Shown one piece after another: positions 6,181 through 14,329 of a stretch of 20,000 bases of DNA. Location: IMG/VR virus record IMGVR_UViG_3300046058_000006. One strand, written 5' to 3'. The notes under the pieces are model-generated. The model did no database searches and had not been told where the DNA came from. It saw nothing but the letters and a program-made list of their open reading frames with translations. Origin of the DNA: an uncultured virus (IMG/VR IMGVR_UViG_3300046058_000006). Taxonomy: Duplodnaviria; Heunggongvirae; Uroviricota; Caudoviricetes. Made by a program: the position numbers and the translations under genes. The first letter of the stretch is position 1. Each line of letters starts with the position of its first letter.

Positions 6181-7664
6181 CCGACTACTGGCGCGACGCT
6201 ATCCGGCCTGTGCGGCCGGGAAGTCGGCGCGTTGCCCCCGGCCGCATAGCACGCGATTGCAAGCGCGTCCGGTATATCGTCGCCGCGCTTTTCGTCCCTG
6301 TGGTCTACTTTGACGTAGCCGCTTGGCGTGTGACTAAATTCCAAGTCCGTTAGCTGTTCGATTAGCTTCGTGTGATCCGGTAGGGTTAGACTGCCTTCGT
6401 CAATCCGGCGCTTCAGCAGGTTGTAGTATTCGCTTTTCGTTTTCAGGGTTGACTTTATTTCGCCAATGTTTGTCACGCCATAATCAGCGGCAAAGTCAAC
6501 AGCGCCGCCGCCGATTACGTTGCTTTCGATATAGATTTCTTCGGGGCCAAAGTCGCGGTTCATAGCGTTCGCCATGCCGACTATTTCTTTCGTATCGTTT
6601 TCAGGCATGACCTGGTAGACGTTTACCGTACCCTTTTCGTCTACAAGCACGCCTGCGGTTTCGTCTTTGCCGCCGCGTGCTGGATCAATGCCGCCGAAGC
6701 ACGCTATGCCTTCGGGCGCGAACTGCGGTAGGTCGTCGCGGACACATTCTTTTGCGTCGCGGTGTTTAATGAATACGTCGCCTTCGTCCGTAAAGATCGC
6801 CAGGTATTCCTTTTCGAAGGAAAGCGTATCCAAGCTTTCGCGCTTGTCTTGGACGAACGAATCCGCGACCATAGGGTTGATCGTAGTCGGCCAGTGAAAC
6901 CGAAACCAGTCACTATCATCTTCGCGTGCGTCGTTACATTTCCTGTAGAAATAGCCGCTCTTACCGTTCGTAGTCGAATACAAATAAAATTCAGTCGTGT
7001 CCGGCCTATCTTCAAAGCCGTCAATGTGGGAAACGTCGCCGGTAAATTCCCCAAACATCGGTTCTATGACTTCCGTAAGGATGGATTCTTTTTTATTGAA
7101 CGCGGCTTCGTCGAAAATTATGATTTGCGGCCCTAAGCCCCGTATCTGACTGCCGTCGTCGCCGGTCGTCTGACTGATAATCCGCGCGCCGCTGTCAAAT
7201 TCGTACATCGTTTTATTGTCCGTTTCGATGCCGAAAAATTCCTTTACGGACATACCGAACCGATCCGGCCAGGGGCTTTCGTAGTACCAGGCCGTCGCCG
7301 CTTGCATCATTTCGTCCGCCGTTGACTGATACGGCGCGGTGATCAACGTATCTTCGCCGTGTGCGGGCTTCAGCGGCGCGTCAGCCGCGATTAGCGACCC
7401 GCAAAACGTTTTACCGCCGCGCCTGCCGATCGGCGACGCGCTTTTCGTGTGTTTATTCCATGCGTTAACGTCTAACATTTTACGCTGGTAGTCGAACAGC
7501 GTCGGACCGAACAGCATTTCTACGCGCTTCGAACGCGGTAGTTTGCTAACGTTCTTCAGGAAATCAGCCGGCGACTGTTCTGCCGGTTCAAGCTGAATAT
7601 CTTTAACTTTCGTTACGTAGTCTAACAGCTCATCCGAATCCGGCAGGTCGTCTTTAGTAGGCAT
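6177..7664 (-). CDS. terL: Terminase large subunit
   Basis: Q-motif FDYQ, Walker A GRRGGKT, Walker B IIIFDEAAF, coupling motif YSTT, RNase H-like GIDPA and DDIPDA. Confidence 0.95.
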   Translation of the reverse strand: MPTKDDLPDSDELLDYVTKVKDIQLEPAEQSPADFLKNVSKLPRSKRVEMLFGPTLFDYQRKMLDVNAWNKHTKSASPIGRRGGKTFCGSLIAADAPLKPAHGEDTLITAPYQSTADEMMQAATAWYYESPWPDRFGMSVKEFFGIETDNKTMYEFDSGARIISQTTGDDGSQIRGLGPQIIIFDEAAFNKKESILTEVIEPMFGEFTGDVSHIDGFEDRPDTTEFYLYSTTNGKSGYFYRKCNDAREDDSDWFRFHWPTTINPMVADSFVQDKRESLDTLSFEKEYLAIFTDEGDVFIKHRDAKECVRDDLPQFAPEGIACFGGIDPARGGKDETAGVLVDEKGTVNVYQVMPENDTKEIVGMANAMNRDFGPEEIYIESNVIGGGAVDFAADYGVTNIGEIKSTLKTKSEYYNLLKRRIDEGSLTLPDHTKLIEQLTDLEFSHTPSGYVKVDHRDEKRGDDIPDALAIACYAAGGNAPTSRPHRPDSVAPVVG

Positions 7665-7731
7665 ATGTAAGCTTAGTCAAAAAGATCGCAAAAACCTTTA
7701 CTAAGACCGCCCGAAGGCGCGCTAACTAAAC

Positions 7732-8268
7732 CTACAGTTCCGAAAAGTCCGCGTCTATTACATCGTCGTCCGCGTCCCAAGTGTCGCTAACGCTTTGTCC
7801 CTGAAGCGCGTTCGCGGTCTTGGTTTGCGGGTCGTTCAACAGACCAAGCTTTTTCATGCGATTTATCACGCTTTCGTTTTGCGCGCGGACGGTTTCAAGA
7901 AGCACGTTCGGGATTTCTTCAATAAATAGTTCCCCTTCTTGTAGGTTTTCGCGTTCCTGCGTTATTCCTTCGCGCTTGATGTACCGATAGGCGTTCGGGA
8001 TTTGCTCTAAATCAATGGCGATAGCCCGCAAGACCTGTTTTGCGAACATATCCGGGTCGCGGCCATTGATCCGACGGTAGCGATCGGCCAGGTCCTTTTC
8101 CATCCGGTCGATAAAGTCCGTATCCGTCTTGGGAAAGTTGTGGTAGTAGTTTTCCCTGTCAGCGTATAGCCCGTGCTTGGTCGCGTTCTGGTTTCCGACC
8201 GGCGCGCCGCGTTTTTCGGCTTCAGCGCGGTCGCTGTTCGCTTCGTCTTTCGTTCGATCGTTTCCCAT
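7732..8268 (-). CDS. terS: Terminase small subunit
   Basis: GAPVGNQNATKHGLY motif typical of TerS N-termini; directly upstream of TerL. Confidence 0.8.
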   Translation of the reverse strand: MGNDRTKDEANSDRAEAEKRGAPVGNQNATKHGLYADRENYYHNFPKTDTDFIDRMEKDLADRYRRINGRDPDMFAKQVLRAIAIDLEQIPNAYRYIKREGITQERENLQEGELFIEEIPNVLLETVRAQNESVINRMKKLGLLNDPQTKTANALQGQSVSDTWDADDDVIDADFSEL

Positions 8269-8291
8269 ACGCCTTTTAGTACCTTCGCCGG

Positions 8292-9677
8292 CTAAAAGGC
8301 CGGGAAGTCACCGGGGAACGCGCGGAACGGAACCTGGCTTTGGGCGCGCAAGAATCCAAGTTCCGGCTGTGGTACATCCAGGCCTTCAGGGTAGACGACC
8401 ATGCCGATAGCGTCTTGGGAATGACCCGCGTACAGCAGGGCTTGGCTAACGCTTTCGCGCAAGACGCTTTCGGCGTCGTCTTCAGCTTCGATCATTAACA
8501 CGCCCAAGTTAGTGTCAACCACTACGTCCGGTTCGCGGCCGCTTTTCAACCGCGGTTCGATTAGCACCTTATCAGACCCGTACCGTTCTTCGAACGCGCG
8601 CGCGACCTGGTTAATCAGCGCGCGGTCGCTTGGCGGTCGCATATCGCCGGGGGCATCGTCGTCGCCTTCGCCGCCGTCGTCCGGTTCGTCGCCTTCAGGC
8701 GAATCGTCCGGCGATTCGCCAGGGTCGCCGGGTTCGTTTGGCATATCGCCGCGTTCGGGCGCGGCCAGCGCGGTCACACCTAACTGTTCTTCGATGTTTC
8801 CAAGCTTGTCAGCGATCGAAACGCGCTGTGAACCGCTGAAAACGTGTCCGATCAAACTTGGCCGGCCGCTGTCCGGGTTCGTAAGCAACGGCGCGCCACT
8901 ATCGCCGCCTTTGCTTTGTGCGGTCGTTACAAGCACGTCACGGCGTCGGACGTTTTCGTGGGCGTCGCCATAGCTAACGTCAACAGTCGCGTTTGTCGCG
9001 GTCACACGCCCGTCTGTTAGGCCTGTAGTCCGTCCGGTCTTTTGCACGCTGTCGCCGCGCATGACCGACCCGCCAGCTTGCATCGGACCGACGCCGTGCG
9101 GCAGGTACGCCCTTTGGCTTCGGCGTTCGCTTTCGCTTACAGACCGTGCGGCCGCGTCAGCCGGCGATCCATCTTCCAACAGCGAACCGCCCACGTATTC
9201 CCCCACAGTGCCGTCTGAATCACCGTCGATAGGCGACGGCTGTACGATCGGTTCGCCGACTTCAGCGTTTTCAGATCGCCCATAGACGTGCTGGTTAGAC
9301 ACACGTACCACCTGGCCGGCGTCAGCGTTCAAGCCGATTTCAGCGGCACTTGGGTCGGTTACACGCGCCATGAAGCCGGCAGTCGCCGCGCCGCCGCTGG
9401 CGTTCATTTCCGAAACGCCAGGTCGAACGGGCCGGTAGCGCCGTCGCGGGCTTTCAAGCCGGGCGCGCACGTCGTTGCCAAGCGCGCTAACGTCGTTGAC
9501 TTCAACCACGTCGGTATCAGCGTCGATACGTTCGCGCGCCAGTTTGCCCGACTTGATTTCATCTTCAGGTAGCTTTTCTTCGACCAAGACCACTACCTGT
9601 TCATCTTCGGCGCTTACGCCGCGCACACCGTCGTCCGAAAGGATAAATTCGTAATTCCGCGTGCTTCCACAGGACAT
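8292..9677 (-). CDS. Nal1-like trypsin-fold serine protease fused to a C-terminal PD-(D/E)XK-like domain
   Basis: Prodomain VVVLVEEKLP...DTDVVEV; RPVRPGVS; catalytic triad SNQH / ADAA / GGDSGA; VQKTGRTTGLTDG; D/E/P/G linker; then EPDVVV, MIEAED and QALLY. Confidence 0.8.
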   Translation of the reverse strand: MSCGSTRNYEFILSDDGVRGVSAEDEQVVVLVEEKLPEDEIKSGKLARERIDADTDVVEVNDVSALGNDVRARLESPRRRYRPVRPGVSEMNASGGAATAGFMARVTDPSAAEIGLNADAGQVVRVSNQHVYGRSENAEVGEPIVQPSPIDGDSDGTVGEYVGGSLLEDGSPADAAARSVSESERRSQRAYLPHGVGPMQAGGSVMRGDSVQKTGRTTGLTDGRVTATNATVDVSYGDAHENVRRRDVLVTTAQSKGGDSGAPLLTNPDSGRPSLIGHVFSGSQRVSIADKLGNIEEQLGVTALAAPERGDMPNEPGDPGESPDDSPEGDEPDDGGEGDDDAPGDMRPPSDRALINQVARAFEERYGSDKVLIEPRLKSGREPDVVVDTNLGVLMIEAEDDAESVLRESVSQALLYAGHSQDAIGMVVYPEGLDVPQPELGFLRAQSQVPFRAFPGDFPAF

Positions 9678-9712
9678 ATAGTATATACGACGCCCGCTTC
9701 TATAAATTTAGG
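9678..9712 (-). promoter_or_regulatory. Leaderless-type promoter for the protease fusion
   Basis: TTTATA (minus strand, 9701-9706) starts 29 nt before the ATG at 9677. Confidence 0.55.
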
Positions 9713-9885
9713 GCCAAAATCACTGTTGTAGAAATGAACAGCAGTAACAGGCCGCTGAAAAAGCCGGCCTTGAACCATTCGCGGCGATCCAGCGCGGTTA
9801 GTATCCATCGAACCAGTGTCGCGCTGTGAACCAGGATAACGACCATAAGAATGTATGCGGCGATTCGTATTCCCAAGTCGGTCAT
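9700..9885 (-). CDS. Small 2-TM membrane protein (array member 6)
   Basis: Two hydrophobic segments; ATGA-coupled. Confidence 0.75.
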   Translation of the reverse strand: MTDLGIRIAAYILMVVILVHSATLVRWILTALDRREWFKAGFFSGLLLLFISTTVILALNL

Positions 9886-10085
9886 ATCAGCCCTTCCGTC
9901 CGAAGCACTACCAGGATAACTTTACCGGATACATACGAAATTACAAGCGTAGCGCCGATAATCCCGATCCAGGTTTGCTGTTCGGGCGTCGTTCGTTTGA
10001 TAGCTTCGGCTATGGCAACGACTAACAAAACTGTTCCTACCAGGAACGTAAAGCCGATCGCCAAAGCAACCAGTTCTGAAATCAT
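9882..10085 (-). CDS. Small 2-TM membrane protein (array member 5)
   Basis: Two hydrophobic segments, SYVSGK at the end of TM2; ATGA-coupled on both sides. Confidence 0.8.
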   Translation of the reverse strand: MISELVALAIGFTFLVGTVLLVVAIAEAIKRTTPEQQTWIGIIGATLVISYVSGKVILVVLRTEGLI

Positions 10086-10300
10086 ATGTTTACCCCACTG
10101 TCGCGTAGCAGGTGTAGCGTCGCTTTACCCATTACGAACACGAACAGGGTAGCTATGAAACCCGCCCATATACGCCAGGCTTGATCATGCGTCAGACTGT
10201 TTTCTAAGATTGTCGCTAACTGAATCAGCGGCACAAAAGACACAAAGAATAGCTGTAGCACGAACACGCCCATTAGAAGCGCGGCCAGTAGTTCGTTCAT
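10082..10300 (-). CDS. Small 2-TM membrane protein (array member 4)
   Basis: Start reassigned to MNELL (10300), giving an ATGA overlap; VFVMGK at the end of TM2. Confidence 0.8.
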   Translation of the reverse strand: MNELLAALLMGVFVLQLFFVSFVPLIQLATILENSLTHDQAWRIWAGFIATLFVFVMGKATLHLLRDSGVNI

Positions 10301-10512
10301 GTTGCACCTGCCGCTTGTAGTATCGTCGCGCCGGTCATGTAACAGATAACCAGCGCCAGGGTAAGGACAGTTCCCCAAAACGCCTGTCTATCCGACGCCT
10401 TATCATTCAGGTAGCCAACTAACTTCATAAACCCGAAGCCAGCTACAATCAGCCCGAACCATACGACGAAACCAGCGCCTATAGCCGCCGCGCCGAAGGC
10501 AAAGGCGTTCAT
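10297..10512 (-). CDS. Small 2-TM membrane protein (array member 3)
   Basis: Two hydrophobic segments, CYMTGA; ATGA-coupled. Confidence 0.8.
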   Translation of the reverse strand: MNAFAFGAAAIGAGFVVWFGLIVAGFGFMKLVGYLNDKASDRQAFWGTVLTLALVICYMTGATILQAAGAT

Positions 10513-10742
10513 GCGTTTTCAGTCACCCATGCGATAGCGTCAGCGCCTATCGACTGTGCCGACCACAGCAGTACCACGAATACGATCAACCAAAAGAAAT
10601 CTTCGCGGTGATCCGAAAACGTCTGACTGTGTTCATCCAGCAGGTCTACCAGTTCCGCTAACAGTAGCCCGCCCGCACACACTGCGGCCAGCACGCCGAT
10701 GCCAGCGGCCAGGTTCAACAGGGTCGTTACCACGTCGATCAT
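10509..10742 (-). CDS. Small 2-TM membrane protein (array member 2)
   Basis: Two hydrophobic segments, AQSIGA; ATGA-coupled. Confidence 0.8.
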   Translation of the reverse strand: MIDVVTTLLNLAAGIGVLAAVCAGGLLLAELVDLLDEHSQTFSDHREDFFWLIVFVVLLWSAQSIGADAIAWVTENA

Positions 10743-10981
10743 GGCAAAGCCCCCGAAGCGACCGCGTTAGCCAGTTCAAGCGTTAGCTGTCCCATGAACC
10801 AGGCACAAATCAGCCCGAACACAAGCACGCCGAACAGGACGGGATAATCCAGCAGGGTTCTGTATTTCATCGGAACGCGGCTTTCAGCCATGATCAACAG
10901 TTCGCCGCTAATCACACCCAAAGCGACGATTATACCTATGACCAAGACGCCCAAGACGACTGTTAGAAGCGCCTGGATCAT
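10739..10981 (-). CDS. Small 2-TM membrane protein (array member 1)
   Basis: Two hydrophobic segments, AWFMGQ; ATGA-coupled. Confidence 0.8.
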   Translation of the reverse strand: MIQALLTVVLGVLVIGIIVALGVISGELLIMAESRVPMKYRTLLDYPVLFGVLVFGLICAWFMGQLTLELANAVASGALP

Positions 10982-11352
10982 GCTAACACGTCTCCGGGCA
11001 TCACCGGGTCGCTTTCATCGACTGTGCGGCCCTGTTCGGCGTCAAACATTACGTCGCCGTCTACAATCGCGCCGGGGCAACGCACTGCGTCGAACGGGCC
11101 GGCGTTCGCGTATTCTTGAATCGCCGAATGAAGCGCGGTACAGGTGATATACACCCGCGCGCCCTTTTGTGTGACCGCCCTGGTATCGTCGGTCTGTTCG
11201 TCCGTCGGCGACAGGCAGAAAAACCCGGTCTGTGGGTCTTTCAGCAACAGTACGCGGTCGGGGAACGGAAAGGGCATTTCGTGCCAAGCGCGCACAACTG
11301 CCGGCGAAAGCGATACACTGCCTTTCGTATTTGTAGCCGTAACGTATGCCAT
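10978..11352 (-). CDS. Hypothetical protein, possible AbrB/SpoVT-like DNA-binding fold
   Basis: The pattern TNTKGSVSLSPAVVRAW...DRVLLLKD...FCLSP resembles a swapped-hairpin barrel. Own promoter AAAACAG-TTATTA (TTATTA at 11375-11380) about 28 nt upstream. Confidence 0.5.
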   Translation of the reverse strand: MAYVTATNTKGSVSLSPAVVRAWHEMPFPFPDRVLLLKDPQTGFFCLSPTDEQTDDTRAVTQKGARVYITCTALHSAIQEYANAGPFDAVRCPGAIVDGDVMFDAEQGRTVDESDPVMPGDVLA

Positions 11353-11394
11353 ATTTACTATCTGCGTCGAACGGTAATAACTGTTTTGTCTGTG

Positions 11395-13248
11395 CTATTC
11401 GCTATCCAGTTCGTCCGCCAGCAGGCCGGCCGCGTCGCGTTCGTCGTCCGCCAGCGGTTTGCCTTCGGCGGCTTTGCGTAGCAGGTTCGCCGCGAAGCCC
11501 TTTGCATCTTCGTCGCTAACGAAATGGTGTAGAGCTTTTTCAGCGCGTCCTTCGTCGCCGTCAGCCGATTCTTCGCCGCCGTCAGCGGCCAGGTTGTCTA
11601 TTTCTGCGTCGCCGTCCGGCCCGAAGCCGCCGTAATAGTCGTTCATAACGGCGCGTCGTTCGGTGTAGGCGTCGCCAAAGGACATTCCTTCGTCGCGCAC
11701 GTCAACGATTAGCGCGTCGTCGCCGTTCGTGGGACGAAGCGCACGCCCGATAGTCTGGATCACTTCAACCGCCGACTTTCCGCCGTGTGCCAGGATAATC
11801 GCGTTAACATCGGGAATGTCAACGCCTTCTTTCAGCAACGTGGAAACCACTACGTCGATTTCACCGTCAGCGAACGCGGCCAGCTTTTCGTCGCGGTCAA
11901 CCGTATCGGACGTAACGACTTCAGCCGTAACGTCGCTGTCGCGCCCGGCGATCTTTTCAACTATGAAGTGTGCTTGATCGATCCGGTTGACGTTAACGAT
12001 CGTTCGGCGACCGACCTGGCTAAGACCGACTGCCTTTTTCGCTATAGCGTCGTTGCGCGCGTCGCTGTGTTCGATACACCGCTTGTAAGCGTCGTGATAT
12101 TCTTCCGCGCGACCGTTGCGGGTCGGGCCGTCGTGTTCGATCGTTTCGAAGCGCGGACGGGCCAGGTAGCCCTGCCGGATCATGTATTCCGCGCCACGCG
12201 AATAGATCACAGGGCCGATCGCCCCGTTGATCCAGATTTCTTCAGGTTCGTTGCGCCGCCAGGGGGTTGCTGAAAGACCCAAGCGGAACGCGGACGGGAA
12301 CAGTTGACCGACGCGGTGCATCGTATCGGCGACTGAAGTGCGGTGTGCTTCGTCGTAGATCGCCATGCCGTATTCGGCAGGCGATAGCGGCGCGTCGCCG
12401 TCAGCGCCGGACGTGCCTTTGCTAACAAGCGACTGCATGATAGCGACCGTAACTTGGTCGCCTTCGCGCCATTCGCCGTCGCCGATAATGCCGGGTTCGA
12501 CGCCTAACAGGTCGCGGATTTCATCGGCCCACTGGTACAAAAGTTCGCGCGTATGCACGAACACCATGGTCTTGCGCCCGACCTGCCGAATCGCGTGTAG
12601 CGCCGTGACAGTTTTGCCCGTGCCGGTAGGCAGTTCGATCACACCCGTCTGTTCTTCGGCGATCTTGTGGGCGGCTTCGTTCTGGTAGTCACGTAGTTCT
12701 TCTTCAAAGTGCCAGGACACGTCTATCGCGTCGCCTTTAAGACCGGATTCGGGGCCGGCCAGCGTAACGTCGAAACCTTCCGCTTCAAGAATCGCGGCCG
12801 CGCGGTCAACCAGGCCAAGGGGCGCGGTTCCCTGCCGGCGGTCTACGACGTGTTCGACTTCAGGGATTGACGGGTCAAATTCAGCGTCGGGGTTTTCATA
12901 CGCAAAGAAGTTATCCAGCACACCGATCGCCCGACCGCCGTCAATGTGAAACACGTTTTCGGCAGGGTCGCGCCGAAGCGTGACTTCAGGGCCGCTATCG
13001 TCGCCGGCGTTGATATAAAATTCGTCCTGTTGACTGCCGGTAGCGCGCCGAACCTGTTTCAGCGATTCTTCGCTGATTTCAACGGCCCATGCGAATTGAT
13101 CGTCGTCTAATTGATCGTATTCGCGGGGGTAGCAGGGTTCGTAATGAACGACGCCCCATTCGGTGCTTTTTATGTCGCCTTTGTCCGCGCCGATAATCGC
13201 CAGCTTTTCGCCGTATTCCGTGTCAACGGTCGTCGTTTCGTAGCTCAT
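11395..13248 (-). CDS. Superfamily 2 DNA helicase (XPB/Rad25/UvsW-like)
   Basis: LRDYQ, LPTGTGKT, YDEAH, GLSATP, EGVDIP, IQTIGRALR. Start reassigned to MSYET (13248); TTTATACG box at 13297-13304. Confidence 0.92.
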   Translation of the reverse strand: MSYETTTVDTEYGEKLAIIGADKGDIKSTEWGVVHYEPCYPREYDQLDDDQFAWAVEISEESLKQVRRATGSQQDEFYINAGDDSGPEVTLRRDPAENVFHIDGGRAIGVLDNFFAYENPDAEFDPSIPEVEHVVDRRQGTAPLGLVDRAAAILEAEGFDVTLAGPESGLKGDAIDVSWHFEEELRDYQNEAAHKIAEEQTGVIELPTGTGKTVTALHAIRQVGRKTMVFVHTRELLYQWADEIRDLLGVEPGIIGDGEWREGDQVTVAIMQSLVSKGTSGADGDAPLSPAEYGMAIYDEAHRTSVADTMHRVGQLFPSAFRLGLSATPWRRNEPEEIWINGAIGPVIYSRGAEYMIRQGYLARPRFETIEHDGPTRNGRAEEYHDAYKRCIEHSDARNDAIAKKAVGLSQVGRRTIVNVNRIDQAHFIVEKIAGRDSDVTAEVVTSDTVDRDEKLAAFADGEIDVVVSTLLKEGVDIPDVNAIILAHGGKSAVEVIQTIGRALRPTNGDDALIVDVRDEGMSFGDAYTERRAVMNDYYGGFGPDGDAEIDNLAADGGEESADGDEGRAEKALHHFVSDEDAKGFAANLLRKAAEGKPLADDERDAAGLLADELDSE

Positions 13249-13322
13249 GGTTTGTCCGGGGTTCGTCGCCCCGTGATTAACACGAATACCCGGACACGTA
13301 TAAACCCATCGTCTTAGGGTAG

Positions 13323-13565
13323 TCAACCCCAATTCGATTCATTCAGCAAAAACACGAAATAGAAGAACTTACCGACCACATACGGCAGGACGGCTATAAC
13401 GATGGTAAGCGCCGCGCCAGCATGAATCGATACGTGAAACACGTTAGAAATTACCATGGATACGATACCGAAACAGGCCAACAGGATAGCGCCGATAAAC
13501 CAGCACACTACGCCGTCAACCTGTACGCTGTCATCATTCCAAATAAATTCATCTTCTTCGGTCAT
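13323..13565 (-). CDS. Small 2-TM membrane protein
   Basis: Acidic N-terminus and two hydrophobic segments; ATGA overlap with the ERCC4 gene. Confidence 0.7.
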   Translation of the reverse strand: MTEEDEFIWNDDSVQVDGVVCWFIGAILLACFGIVSMVISNVFHVSIHAGAALTIVIAVLPYVVGKFFYFVFLLNESNWG

Positions 13566-14206
13566 GCTGTCACCGCGTCAGCGATCCGGCGCGCTTTCTT
13601 TTGACCTATGCCATTAACGTTCGTTAGCTTTTCCGGTTCGGCGTGTGCAACGCGGAACACGCCGCCGGCGCTAACGAAATGATCCAGCAGGCGCGACGCC
13701 AGTTCCGGGCCGACTGCCGGCAGGCCTTCGACAAGGTAACGCGGGCGCTTTTCAGGCGGCACGTCCGGCGCGTCGCGGATACTGGCCGGCGAAGCTTTGT
13801 CGTTGCGAAATTCGTTCGCGCGCTTGTCAACGACGTAGGCGGTCATTTCCTTATCGAACGTCGGCAGGACTTCTATACCCATGCGCGGGACGGCTTCAAT
13901 CGCGCCGATCACCGCTTTGTCGCTTATGTTGCGCATTGCCATGGTTTCTTTCCACCCGCCTTCAAGAATCAGCACGGGCTTCAGGTCGTTTTCTTCGCAC
14001 GCGCTATACAGCGCGCCAAGTTGTGACCATATGCTGTTTTCGTTCTGCGTCAGCCGATCCACAAAGTCCGGGTAGCGCTTCCGTTCTATCAGGTATTCGC
14101 CAGCCAGGAAATCACCCGCGCCAAGCTTGTCCTTTTCGTAGTCGTCGCCGCTTTCAGCGAACGCGGCCGCGTGCATTTCCGGCGGTTCGCGCGTATCAAT
14201 GATCAT
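13562..14206 (-). CDS. ERCC4/XPF family structure-specific endonuclease with tandem HhH
   Basis: IIDTRE, GDF, IERK, LILEG, and HhH motifs LPAVGP and VNGIGQKKA. Confidence 0.92.
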   Translation of the reverse strand: MIIDTREPPEMHAAAFAESGDDYEKDKLGAGDFLAGEYLIERKRYPDFVDRLTQNENSIWSQLGALYSACEENDLKPVLILEGGWKETMAMRNISDKAVIGAIEAVPRMGIEVLPTFDKEMTAYVVDKRANEFRNDKASPASIRDAPDVPPEKRPRYLVEGLPAVGPELASRLLDHFVSAGGVFRVAHAEPEKLTNVNGIGQKKARRIADAVTA

Positions 14207-14297
14207 AGTGAACCCCCGGCGGCTGTGTGATTATTTCGCCTTCGTTGTAGACGTGCGGTAGCAGGCCGGCGATCACCGGCGTCGGTTTGTCACCCAT
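14196..14297 (-). CDS. Putative 33-aa microprotein (not in ORF track)
   Basis: MGDKPTPVIAGLLPHVYNEGEIITQPPGVHYDH*. TTTTATT box about 29 nt upstream; overlaps the ERCC4 start by 11 nt. Confidence 0.5.
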   Translation of the reverse strand: MGDKPTPVIAGLLPHVYNEGEIITQPPGVHYDH

Positions 14298-14329
14298 ACC
14301 GAACGCGACGACCGGGAAGAATAAAAGCG

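Noticed and set aside
8625..8745. DNA tandem repeat
   Set aside because: It is a low-complexity acidic protein linker, not a discrete repeat.
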